A stretch of DNA of 64,000 bases. Source: an uncultured Acidobacteriota bacterium. Lineage in GTDB: Bacteria > Acidobacteriota > UBA6911. The stretch spans positions 106,395 through 170,394 of the forward strand of contig CAWEJX010000017.1 in NCBI GenBank assembly GCA_963809485.1, given 5' to 3'. Shown here piece after piece: positions 9,729 through 18,822 of the stretch; position 1 is the stretch's first letter, and every line of letters starts with the position of its first letter. Under the pieces are notes generated by a model, which worked only from the letters and a program-made list of their open reading frames with translations, did no database searches and was not told where the DNA came from. The position numbers and the translations under genes are program-made.

Positions 9729-10931
9729 ATGCCTATGGATGGTTCGCCAGCAAAAGAAATCACTATCGGTTCCGCTATACCCTACACCCTGATATCCACT
9801 GCCGAGCGCTTCGAGGGCATGCTGAAAAACCTGATCCAGGCGCGCCGCCTGGCTATCGACATGGAAGCCGACAGCCTGTACCACTATTTTGAAAAAGTCT
9901 GCCTCATCCAGATATCTACCGACCGCGACACCTACATACTCGATCCGCTGGCCGTTGAATCGGTGGCGAAGCTTGCCCCGCTGATGTCCGATCCTGCCGT
10001 GGAGAAGGTTTTTCATGCGGCAAGCTATGACGTTTACTGCCTTCGCCGCGACTATGGTTTTGCGTTCGCCAATATATTCGACACCCACGTCGCGGCCCAA
10101 TTGCTGGGCCATGAGTTTCTGGGACTGGGAGTCTTGATGGAAGCGTTCCTCGGTATCCATCATTCGAAAAGGCGGCAGAGGGATGACTGGTCGCGGCGGC
10201 CGCTGGCGGCCGAACAGCTGGAATATGCGGCCATGGATACCCACTACCTGCTTCGATTGAGGGATGTGCTGGAACAGGAGCTGCAGCAGAAGGGGCGGAT
10301 CAGCTGGGCGCGCGAGGAATTCGAAACCGAGGCGGCGGTGGAAAAAGTCGAAAAGGAATTCGACACGGAAGGCTTCCGCCGCATCAAGGGCTGCCGCGAA
10401 CTGCCGCTTCAGGATCAGGCGGTGCTGAGGGCCCTCTATCTTTTCCGGGACAAGGTGGCCCGGACGCTGGATGTGCCGCCCTTCAAGGTGCTGAACAACT
10501 CCGTTCTCCTCGACCTGGTGCATAAGCCTCCGCAGTCGCCGCGCGACATGTTTAACAGGCACGGAATATCCAACCGGGTTGCCCGGAAATACGCCGGTGA
10601 AATACTGCAGACCATATCGGAAGCCCGTCGGCGAGGCCCGTCCTTTCTGGAAACGCCCGCCCACAATAACGGCAAGGCCCCAAGCCGCGCGGCCAAACGC
10701 CGCCTGGAAGCCTTAAAAGTTTGGCGCAAGGCGAGAGCCCAACAGCTGGAATTGCATGTGGGAGTTGTTTTCCCGGCGAATCTGCTGGAAAATCTGGCCG
10801 TCAATCCTCCCGGCAGCCTGGAGGAACTGTCGACCCTGCCCGGAATGCGCCGCTGGCGTATTCGGGAATTTGGGGAAGATGTGCTTCAGCTCCTTCATAC
10901 GCAAGGCTCCCTTGTCGATCCGCCTGTATGA
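9729..10931 (+). CDS. rnd: Ribonuclease D (DEDDy exonuclease plus HRDC domains)
   Basis: AIDMEADS, CLIQIST, KVFHAA, FDT, DWSRRPL, YAAMD motifs; two HRDC-like domains. Confidence 0.9.
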   Translation: MPMDGSPAKEITIGSAIPYTLISTAERFEGMLKNLIQARRLAIDMEADSLYHYFEKVCLIQISTDRDTYILDPLAVESVAKLAPLMSDPAVEKVFHAASYDVYCLRRDYGFAFANIFDTHVAAQLLGHEFLGLGVLMEAFLGIHHSKRRQRDDWSRRPLAAEQLEYAAMDTHYLLRLRDVLEQELQQKGRISWAREEFETEAAVEKVEKEFDTEGFRRIKGCRELPLQDQAVLRALYLFRDKVARTLDVPPFKVLNNSVLLDLVHKPPQSPRDMFNRHGISNRVARKYAGEILQTISEARRRGPSFLETPAHNNGKAPSRAAKRRLEALKVWRKARAQQLELHVGVVFPANLLENLAVNPPGSLEELSTLPGMRRWRIREFGEDVLQLLHTQGSLVDPPV

Positions 10932-11091
10932 ACGGCTGAAGCGCGATACTTTTGAGGATCCCGATCCCGGGCTTTAGCGTCTGTTCCCTGCCCCGAGTTT
11001 GGGTTCTGAAGGTTGACCGGATCGAATTCGGTAGGGTGAACGGTCGCCTCATTCACCCGTGCTTCTCCGTGTCGAAAGCTGATGCCGAACC

Positions 11092-12105
11092 GTGAAAAAC
11101 TTTCGCCTTAAAACAAGCTGGCTCTACCACCCTGTCACGATCTTCCTCCTCATCCAGATCCTCTGGATCCTGCTGATGGTTGTCTGGATACGGTGGTACC
11201 TCGAAAAACATTCCCAGTTGCGCGAAATGGCGCAGAGGCTGAGGACCCAGGTTGAAGTCGAGGGATTCGGCTGGATGCCGCTTTTTGAAGGGGGCCTGCT
11301 CCTCACCCTGATACTGGCCGGCGTTACCGTGATTTTCATCTACTGGATCAAACAGCACCGCTTGAACAAGATGCAGCGCAATTTCGTCTCCAATGTCACC
11401 CACGAGCTCAAATCCCCCGTCGCTTCAATTCAGCTGGCATTGGAAACCATGGCCCTGCGGGACCTATCGGAAGAGAAAAAGCGCGAATACATTTCCATGA
11501 TGCTCGACGACACCGAGCGTCTGTCGATGCTGATCGACCGGATCCTTGGCGCCGCGAGGATTGAAAGGAAGCAAAGTCGCTACCGGCTGGAGAGCGTCAG
11601 CATGCGCCATTTCCTCGAGGACTTCATTGCCGAAGACCGCCATCTCTACGAAAAGGACCGCCATCTCATCGTGCTCGAAAAGGGCAAGGATGCCCGCGTT
11701 GCCATCGATCGACCCGCAATGCGCGTGGTGCTGGCAAACCTCCTCGAGAACGCGGCCCGGTATTCGCCGCCAGGCTCAAAAATCCGCCTGAAGCTGCACA
11801 GGGATTTGCGCAGCTGCCGCCTGGACGTCATCGACAGCGGGACCGGGATTACGGGCAAAGACCTTAAAAACATCTTCAAAATGTTCTGGAGAGGATCCGA
11901 AGGCTCGGCGGCGCGCGTCCCAGGCACCGGTCTGGGTCTTTATATTGTGCGGAACATCGTGAAGGATCACCACGGAAAGGTCTGGGCTTCAAGCCAGGGA
12001 ATGGGCCGCGGAACCACCTTCAGCGTGCGCCTGCCCCGCTCCCGCAAGTATTGGAGCCTTGCCAGGCGCAGAAACCTGAATCCCCAGGCTGAGAGCAGGG
12101 CCTGA
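11092..12105 (+). CDS. Sensor histidine kinase (2 TM, HisKA, HATPase)
   Basis: VTHELKSP H-box, NLLENAARYS N-box, DSGTGI, GTGLGL. Confidence 0.93.
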   Translation: MKNFRLKTSWLYHPVTIFLLIQILWILLMVVWIRWYLEKHSQLREMAQRLRTQVEVEGFGWMPLFEGGLLLTLILAGVTVIFIYWIKQHRLNKMQRNFVSNVTHELKSPVASIQLALETMALRDLSEEKKREYISMMLDDTERLSMLIDRILGAARIERKQSRYRLESVSMRHFLEDFIAEDRHLYEKDRHLIVLEKGKDARVAIDRPAMRVVLANLLENAARYSPPGSKIRLKLHRDLRSCRLDVIDSGTGITGKDLKNIFKMFWRGSEGSAARVPGTGLGLYIVRNIVKDHHGKVWASSQGMGRGTTFSVRLPRSRKYWSLARRRNLNPQAESRA

Positions 12106-12119
12106 AAGACTGGAATCCG

Positions 12120-12821
12120 ATGAGTGCACCCAAGCGCAGGATACTCCTTGTTGAAGACGAGCTGAACATCGCGCGGCCGGTCCAGTTCAACCTTGAGCAG
12201 GAAGGGTACGAGGTCCGGTCTACCCCCAGCGGCAAAGAGGCGCTGGCGCTGCAGGCACGCGAGCCTTTCGACCTGATCATCCTGGATCTTATGCTGGAGG
12301 AGGTGGACGGATTCGAAGTGGCGCGCCAGGTTCGCCAGCGCGACAAGAAGCTGCCGATTCTCATGCTCACAGCCAGATCCGCGGTGCAGGACCGCATCCA
12401 CGGACTTGAACTGGGCGCGGATGATTACATCGTCAAGCCCTTTCATTTGCGCGAGCTGCTGCTGAGAGTCGAGCGGATGATGCAGCGCTCCTCCTGGTAC
12501 GCTCCCGGACCGTACCTCTCAAGAAAAGTAACCGTCGCCAGCTACGTCGTCGATTTCGACAAGCTCAGCTGCGAAGGGCCTGGCGGCAAGCTGCAGCTTA
12601 CGGCCCTGGAGGCGGACCTGCTCGAAACTCTGACATCGCAGCCCAACCGCGTTTTCTCGCGGGGCGAGCTCCTGGAAAAAGTATGGGGATATCACTCAGA
12701 GGTTGAAACCCGTACCGTGGATAACTTCATCGTACGCCTGAGAAAGTATTTTGAGACGGAACCGGATCGGCCTCGCCACTTCGTCAGCCTCAGGGGAAAA
12801 GGCTACATGTACGTGCCTTGA
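12120..12821 (+). CDS. OmpR/PhoB-family response regulator
   Basis: LLVEDE, ILDLML, MLTAR, GADDYIVKPF; winged helix with RTVDNFIVRLRK and RGKGY. Confidence 0.95.
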   Translation: MSAPKRRILLVEDELNIARPVQFNLEQEGYEVRSTPSGKEALALQAREPFDLIILDLMLEEVDGFEVARQVRQRDKKLPILMLTARSAVQDRIHGLELGADDYIVKPFHLRELLLRVERMMQRSSWYAPGPYLSRKVTVASYVVDFDKLSCEGPGGKLQLTALEADLLETLTSQPNRVFSRGELLEKVWGYHSEVETRTVDNFIVRLRKYFETEPDRPRHFVSLRGKGYMYVP

Positions 12822-12879
12822 GGATTCGTTATTCGGAATTGCGGGTTATGGGTTTTGAATCTCGAATTTCGAATCCCAT

Positions 12880-13080
12880 GTCAGGCACCTCCGGCAAAGC
12901 CGGAGGCTTGAAAGATTGGAACCGCTCAAAGCGGTTGGAGGAGTTACGCCGGTCTTGAACGCTGACTTACGCCGACCCTCGCCGAACAAATCGGCGTCTT
13001 TCAGCGCTTTTATCAGCGTTTCAAAATACGGAGCTGCCAAACTCTTTGAGTCCACCGGCAGAGCCGGGGGTTTACCAATG
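12880..13080 (-). mobile_element. Non-autonomous IS200/IS605-like element, copy B
   Basis: Terminal hairpins CCTCCGGC-AAA-GCCGGAGG and AACCGC-TCAAA-GCGGTT. The other end is GAGTCCACCGGCAGAGCCGGGGGTTTACC. No transposase ORF. Confidence 0.75.
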
Positions 13081-13083
13081 TAA

Positions 13084-14004
13084 TTACGGCTGAGCCGCTT
13101 TGGGCGCGTAGTAGCCTTTTCTCGCGCGAATCCGCACGCCGTTCCCTTTGCATCGAACAGAGATCGCGCGAAATTTGCCGTCCTTGTTTTTGTTGGTCGA
13201 ACTGTAGGCCAGGCTGTATTGCCCCAGGAGTTCCTCCCCGATGGAGCGGAAAGCAGCCTGTATCTCCTCAAGGCGGGCCCGCGGCGAGAAAAAGGCTCCC
13301 CCTGTTTCCTCGGCGAATTTCTTGAGCACGCCAAAATTGCTGCCGTATTCGTCACTGCGGACCCCGATCCCGTAAATGAGCACATCGCTTCGCTGGGCGG
13401 CCTCGATGGCCGCCTCTTTGCGCAGTTTGCTGGAAGTGTCCTCGCCGTCGCTGATCACAACCATAACCTTCCGCCCCGCTTCGTGGCGCAGCTTCTCTTC
13501 GGCGGCGAGAAAAACTGCGTCATACAGTGAGGTGCTGTTCCCGGCCTTGAGGCCGTTCAGAGCGTTGATGAGATCATCCTGACTTTGTGTAAAGTCCTGA
13601 ACCAGGTTTACCTCTGAGTCAAACTGGATGATCAGAGCCAGGTCTTTGTTGGGCCGAAGCACTTCCCTGAAAAACTCCGCAGCCGTGGTTTTTTCATAGT
13701 CCAGCTTGTTTCTCACGCTGCCGCTGGTATCGATGAGCAAAGCGATCGTGAGGGGCACCTGACTGCCCTTGCCCAATTCGCTGAAATACTCGATGGTCTG
13801 GGGCTGCCCGTTTTCAGTTATCTGGAAATCATTCGCCTTTAGGCCTCGAACCGGCCTTCCGCCCCGGTCCACGGCTGTGAAAATAACGTCCACCAGCGCA
13901 ACTTCGGCCCGGATGATCGTCTGCGAATCCTGTCCGGAGACTTCGGCGGCCAGAAAGCCGGGAATCATCAAAACCATAATTATTGAACCTAGCAGAAGCT
14001 TCAT
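13084..14004 (-). CDS. VWFA-related acidobacterial domain protein, exported
   Basis: Signal peptide from MKLLLG (ATG 14004), DTSGS MIDAS motif, TSLYDA, ISDGED, GGxFF, C-terminal RKGYYAP. The 5' extension in the ORF track overlaps the upstream gene and is spurious. Confidence 0.9.
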   Translation of the reverse strand: MKLLLGSIIMVLMIPGFLAAEVSGQDSQTIIRAEVALVDVIFTAVDRGGRPVRGLKANDFQITENGQPQTIEYFSELGKGSQVPLTIALLIDTSGSVRNKLDYEKTTAAEFFREVLRPNKDLALIIQFDSEVNLVQDFTQSQDDLINALNGLKAGNSTSLYDAVFLAAEEKLRHEAGRKVMVVISDGEDTSSKLRKEAAIEAAQRSDVLIYGIGVRSDEYGSNFGVLKKFAEETGGAFFSPRARLEEIQAAFRSIGEELLGQYSLAYSSTNKNKDGKFRAISVRCKGNGVRIRARKGYYAPKAAQP

Positions 14005-14098
14005 AGTTTTGATCGAGGCCGCGTCGCCATGCCGGCTGATTCGCCGGTCCCAGGGGTGCGTCCGTGATCCTTTCCACCAATAGGGATGCAGATTTCGG

Positions 14099-14809
14099 CT
14101 ATGAGTTTTCCCGGGAGAACAAAATGCGGGAGCAGCTGTCGCAGAATTGTATGTTTTCCGTGCGGAGCAGATCGGCATACATCTGCGGCCGTATGCGGAC
14201 ATGGCAAGCGCTGCAAAGCTCGTCTTTAGCCTCAGCCAGAGCAATCCCTTTCCGCACCTCCGCGATCCGCCGATAGCGGGAGAGCAGCTCCGCCTCGATG
14301 CGGGACTCCATCCCGGCCCTTTCCTCTTCCAGCTTCGCGAGTTCCAGTTCCAGCACCGGGGCGGATTCGTTCGTTTGCCGGATAGCTTCCTGGAGTTCAG
14401 CGGTTCTCCTCGAAACTTCCTTCTCGGAAGTCTTGAGATCATTATCCATGCCCTCTGCCTCTTCCATGACTTCCAGTATCTTGTCCTCTTCGCCCCGGAT
14501 GTGCTCCTCGGCCGTCTGGATTTCATGGAGCATGGCGGTATATTCCTTGTTGGTCTTGACCGACATGAGCTGGTCCTTGAGCCGTGAAAGCTTGGATCTG
14601 AGCATATCAACATCACCCTCGAGGGTTCGCCTGCGGTTGGAGAGCTCCTTCGTGCGCACGACGCGCGCCTGGTGCTCGGTCTGAACCTGTTGAAGCTCGT
14701 TGTTCAGGCTTTGGACATGAGTTGGAATACTGGAGATCTGTTTATGCAGACTGGCGATCTTAAGCTCGATGTCTTGAAGGGCTATCAGGTTCCGAAGCTC
14801 GGGATTCAC
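14099..14809 (-). CDS. Coiled-coil protein with C4 zinc ribbon (DUF164/CT398/HP0958 family)
   Basis: LIALQDIE start, long coiled coil, KTNKEY, CSACH...CDSCSRIL. Confidence 0.9.
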   Translation of the reverse strand: MNPELRNLIALQDIELKIASLHKQISSIPTHVQSLNNELQQVQTEHQARVVRTKELSNRRRTLEGDVDMLRSKLSRLKDQLMSVKTNKEYTAMLHEIQTAEEHIRGEEDKILEVMEEAEGMDNDLKTSEKEVSRRTAELQEAIRQTNESAPVLELELAKLEEERAGMESRIEAELLSRYRRIAEVRKGIALAEAKDELCSACHVRIRPQMYADLLRTENIQFCDSCSRILFSRENS

Positions 14810-15005
14810 CTGGTTGCCCCCTCCAAGTTTGAATGACCGGAGGAGGACACCGCCCGCAGCTGAAGCGGGCTATCGTACCTGCAATCTCGGCATGGGTTGC
14901 GCTGTGCTACCATATTATCCGTCTACAAACGGCTTAATATATACTTTGGAAACCGGATCTGTCAATGTCGCCCTTAAATCGGATTCACCGGAGAACCCTT
15001 CAAAT

Positions 15006-15488
15006 ATGAGAGCCGTCGTTCAGAGAGTCAGCCGTGCAGAGGTTGTAGTAGGGAATGAGTCCGTGGCCCGCATAGGGGAAGGACTTCTGGCGCTGGTAGC
15101 CATCTCGCGCCGGGACAGCGAGAGAGACCTGAACTGGATGGCCAGGAAGATAATCGAATTGCGGATCTTCGACGACAGCCACGGTAAGCTGAATCTGAGC
15201 CTAAAGGATATCGGCGGCCAGCTGCTCCTGGTATCGCAGTTCACTCTTTATGGAGACTGCCAGAAGGGCCGCCGTCCTTCCTACATAGAAGCCGCCGCTC
15301 CCGCGCAAGCCGAGGCTCTTTACCGCGATTTTGTTGAAATCGTCCGCGGGCAGATCCCCGGAGTTCAGACGGGGCAATTTCAGGCCTCGATGGAAGTCTC
15401 CCTGACGAATTCGGGCCCCGTCACCCTGATTCTCGACAGCCCAAAGTGGGACAGTCACCAGTGTCCCCATCAGGATGGCCGTGGATGA
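15006..15488 (+). CDS. dtd: D-aminoacyl-tRNA deacylase
   Basis: MRAVVQRVS, LRIF, SQFTL, GRRPS, N.GPVT. Confidence 0.95.
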   Translation: MRAVVQRVSRAEVVVGNESVARIGEGLLALVAISRRDSERDLNWMARKIIELRIFDDSHGKLNLSLKDIGGQLLLVSQFTLYGDCQKGRRPSYIEAAAPAQAEALYRDFVEIVRGQIPGVQTGQFQASMEVSLTNSGPVTLILDSPKWDSHQCPHQDGRG

Positions 15489-15537
15489 GCGTCACTACTT
15501 TCCCTGCGCAAGTGGGACACTTGTGACTGTCCCACTT
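15444..15537. repeat. REP-like palindromic doublet (GGGACAGTCAC family), copy 1
   Basis: AAGTGGGACAGTCACCAGTGTCCC ... GGGACACTTGTGACTGTCCCACTT, 23/24 inverted match. Confidence 0.75.
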
Positions 15538-15574
15538 GATTATGGGGGAGCTGCTTCCGTAAGATTGCTATGGT

Positions 15575-16165
15575 ATGAATTCGAACAAATTTCGCGTGAA
15601 CCTGCTCTTTGCCCTTGTGGTTGCAGCGCTTGGATTGACCGCCGTCACTTTCCTTCTCAGGAATCGGGATCAGACGCCGATTCGTCCGCCCGCGGCTGAG
15701 GGTGCGTCCGGCAGTTCGTTGCCCGAAAACCATCCCCCGCTCGACTCCGCAAAAAATCTTGCGGCGCTCGAGCAGCTGAGCGCAAAGGATCCTGCAAACG
15801 CCGATTACGTGACACAGATTGCGAATATATATTATGACCTCGGCCAGTACGAAAAGGCCGCCGACGCCTATCAGAGGAGCCTGAAGGTCCGCCCCGGGGA
15901 CGCGAGCGCGGAAACCGACCTTGCTTCCTGCTTCCATTACCTGGGTCAGCACGACAAAGCCCTGGAAACGCTGAACAATGTTCTGACATACAGTCCGAAC
16001 TTCGCCCAAGCCCTTTTCAATAAAGGGATTGTTTTGATAAGCGGCAAGAAGGATATCCGCGGCGGGATTGCGGTTTGGGAAGAGTTGCTTCGACTGGATC
16101 CCGATTTTTCACGGAAAGCGGATCTGGAACAAAGGATCAACAGACTGAAGGCGTCCGCCAAATAG
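15575..16165 (+). CDS. TPR protein with N-terminal membrane anchor
   Basis: TM helix, LPENHPP, then TPR consensus repeats. Confidence 0.85.
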   Translation: MNSNKFRVNLLFALVVAALGLTAVTFLLRNRDQTPIRPPAAEGASGSSLPENHPPLDSAKNLAALEQLSAKDPANADYVTQIANIYYDLGQYEKAADAYQRSLKVRPGDASAETDLASCFHYLGQHDKALETLNNVLTYSPNFAQALFNKGIVLISGKKDIRGGIAVWEELLRLDPDFSRKADLEQRINRLKASAK

Positions 16166-16186
16166 GCGTCCGACTATCGCAAAACT

Positions 16187-16477
16187 ATGCTCTCAATACT
16201 GCTTAGAATATTGTCGCTGGCGTTCGTTATCTGGCTCCTGAGACGCTTTCTGGCCGCCATACTGGGCAAAACGGGTTCCGGCAAGCCCGCGAGCAATTTC
16301 CCAAAATCAGCGCAAAAAATGGTCAAAGACCCTGTCTGCGGAATGTATATGGATTCGCGGCTGGCTGTCCGGCTTGAGGAGGGCAAGGAGGTTGTCTATT
16401 TCTGTTCCGAGGGCTGCAGGAATAAGTACCTCAAAAAGCCGCCCGCTGACGTGGCCGGGCCGGCCGCAGCAGGCTAG
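16187..16477 (+). CDS. YHS/TRASH-domain protein
   Basis: KDPVCGM...YFCSEGC. Confidence 0.85.
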   Translation: MLSILLRILSLAFVIWLLRRFLAAILGKTGSGKPASNFPKSAQKMVKDPVCGMYMDSRLAVRLEEGKEVVYFCSEGCRNKYLKKPPADVAGPAAAG

Positions 16478-16592
16478 GAGTCTTTTGATTAGAAAGTTTA
16501 CACGATAAAATCGTGCGCACCTGAGCTATTTCGCTTTAAAAAGAATGTTTTGAGATCGTATAATGCCTCGTTTGAACTAATGATCAACCCGA

Positions 16593-17363
16593 TTGAGGTC
16601 CAGCGACGTGGCCGACGCGAACAAGCCCCTCCCAAAAAAGTCCAAACACTTCTCCGATGACATGATCCACAATTGCCTTGCGACCATGGAATCGGGCGAC
16701 ATCGAAGATCTGTTTGAAATCATCCCGCGGATCGGCGTTCTGCGCGATCCGAGTTTCAGCCAGCCGCTTTTGTCTCTTCTGGAGCATCGCGATATCAGGC
16801 GGCGGGAATTTGCCGCTTACGCCATGGGCGCCATAGGAAGCAGAAAATTCGTCGGGCCCCTCAAGAAAGCATTCCTGGAGACGCGGAAGCTTAAAGGATT
16901 TGGCGCCCAGGATCTGCAGATCGCCATCATCGAGGCTATCGGGGTCATTGGCGATGATGCGGCCGTGGAATTCTTCCTTCCGGTCCTGAAAACCTGCTGT
17001 GCCACGATGGCTTCCCGCGAACAAAAAGGCACGGGAAAAAATGCGGAAAGAATGTGCAAATGGATCATCGAATCCCTGGGTGCAATCGCCCAGCAGGGCG
17101 GGCCGCGATCCCTGGATGCTTTGCTTGAGCTCACATCCCACCCGAACCCGGAGATTCAGGCTCAGGCGCTTTCGGAAATTTCCGTGGCATTCTGGCACAG
17201 GCCGAACGAAGTGGACGACTCCACGCTGCAGAGAATTTACGAGCTTACCACTCACCGGGAAGCAGCGGTCGCGGATTCAGCGCTGGCCGCCCTGCAAAAC
17301 CTTGCGGACGTCGGCTGCGCCAAAGCGGAAGCTATGTTCGCCACCTCTGAAGAAGAGGATTAA
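16593..17363 (+). CDS. HEAT-repeat protein
   Basis: RREFAAYAMGAIG, AIIEAIGVIG, ESLGAI repeats. Start uncertain. Confidence 0.75.
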   Translation: MRSSDVADANKPLPKKSKHFSDDMIHNCLATMESGDIEDLFEIIPRIGVLRDPSFSQPLLSLLEHRDIRRREFAAYAMGAIGSRKFVGPLKKAFLETRKLKGFGAQDLQIAIIEAIGVIGDDAAVEFFLPVLKTCCATMASREQKGTGKNAERMCKWIIESLGAIAQQGGPRSLDALLELTSHPNPEIQAQALSEISVAFWHRPNEVDDSTLQRIYELTTHREAAVADSALAALQNLADVGCAKAEAMFATSEEED

Positions 17364-17600
17364 GCCCCGGTCCCAGCCTGGTTCCCTGGCGTATATTTCC
17401 TTATTTCTCGCCGAATTCCGTATTCGCTTATCGGACGGCTCTGGAGAGCCCGTCCGCACTGGGCTTAGGACAGATATAGGGATTGTCTTTCGTGGCTTTC
17501 GTGTGTTTTGTATCGGGAGTTTTCAGGCCAAAACAGAGGGAGGCTCAAACGTTGGTAAGGGGGACGGCTGATTGCGGCCGTCCCCCGGAAAGCACGGGCA

Positions 17601-18617
17601 CTACTTTTTAACTGACACCTCGAGGGCTTTGATAATTTCCTTTGCCACTTCAATCTGATCCGGCTTTTGCCCGATCTGTAAGTACTTCTGCAGGGCTTTG
17701 ATTGCATCCGGCATGGTTTCTGTTTTGCCCGACAGGCACATCCCGAGCTGGTAGTAGGCTTCGGCGAAATTGGGATCCGCGGCGATGGCCTGCTTGAAGG
17801 ATTCTGCGGCTTCCACTGTTTTGCCGTTGTTCACGAGCGTGGCGCCGATATTGTAAAAGCTCTGCGCGGACGCACCAGGATTCAAGCTCGCCGCTTTTTT
17901 GAATGCCGCCTGCGATTCTTCATTTTTCCCCATTTTGCTCAGTATGACTCCCAGGTTTGTTTGCAGAGCTGCGTCATTCGGACTTATGGCAACGGCTTTC
18001 TGGTAGAGCGCCAGAGCCTCTTCGTTTTTATCCATTTTTGAATAGCTATCCGCCATGTTGCCAAGGATGTTGGGCTGTTCGGGATCCCTCTCGAGAGCCT
18101 TCTTGTATTCCTCAACCGCCTCGGCATGCTTCCCTTCCTGAGCCAGCTTAAGGCCGGAGTCGAAAAAAGCCTGGACCTCCGCCGAGGTCTCCTTCCTCTT
18201 TTCAGCCTTCTCCATTTCCTTCTTGAGCTGCTCGATTTCCTGGTCCGACAGCTCGAAGGGAAGCTTTGCATCCGCACCTGGAGTCAACTTCAGATCGATC
18301 ACGCTTTCAGCCGAAATGTTGGGACGCACCGATGGAACATAGCTTGGCATAAAGCCCTGCGCGCGAACAACAACCCGGTATTCCCCGGCCGGAAGCCCCA
18401 TATAAATATATGTGCCCTTCTTGTCGGTTTTAGTGTTGAACTGGCGGGTTTTCGAGTCGGTCGCCTGAATCGAAACCTGGGCCCCGACTACGGGCTCACC
18501 TTTTTCGTCCGTCACCTTGCCTTTGATAAGCCGGTTCTGTGCCATGGCCGGCAAAGCCAGCGCGAAGACGACCAAACAAACTGCAAAAAAACCCACCTTC
18601 CGCGAAGAGATATGCAT
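17601..18617 (-). CDS. Exported protein with carboxypeptidase regulatory-like domain plus TPR repeats
   Basis: Signal peptide, GKVTDEKGEPVVGA..TDKKG.Y...GLPAGEY, then TPRs. Confidence 0.88.
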   Translation of the reverse strand: MHISSRKVGFFAVCLVVFALALPAMAQNRLIKGKVTDEKGEPVVGAQVSIQATDSKTRQFNTKTDKKGTYIYMGLPAGEYRVVVRAQGFMPSYVPSVRPNISAESVIDLKLTPGADAKLPFELSDQEIEQLKKEMEKAEKRKETSAEVQAFFDSGLKLAQEGKHAEAVEEYKKALERDPEQPNILGNMADSYSKMDKNEEALALYQKAVAISPNDAALQTNLGVILSKMGKNEESQAAFKKAASLNPGASAQSFYNIGATLVNNGKTVEAAESFKQAIAADPNFAEAYYQLGMCLSGKTETMPDAIKALQKYLQIGQKPDQIEVAKEIIKALEVSVKK

Positions 18618-18822
18618 GGGACCTCCTTACAATTCCCCTATGTAAATTGCACCTCTAATAGAAAACACCCTATTCTAGGAGGCATTAAACCTCATGTCAA
18701 CAAACCTGGGATGTTTTTCCCGGGATTCCTGCACAAGGTTGACCTCCCCGCGGCTCCGGGCCGCCTTCGAGATTTGAAGTCCAACGCTTCAAGCTCTCGT
18801 CCAACTCCCATGAGATAGATTC

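Noticed and set aside
14005-14616. Apparent 510-aa VWA protein with a long N-terminal extension
   Set aside because: The extension overlaps the zinc-ribbon gene in another frame; the signal peptide starts at 14004.
14812-14915. Structured leader upstream of the zinc-ribbon gene (possible rnpB or 6S RNA)
   Set aside because: Too short and lacks RNase P or 6S signature sequences; only a small hairpin and a possible anti-SD pairing.
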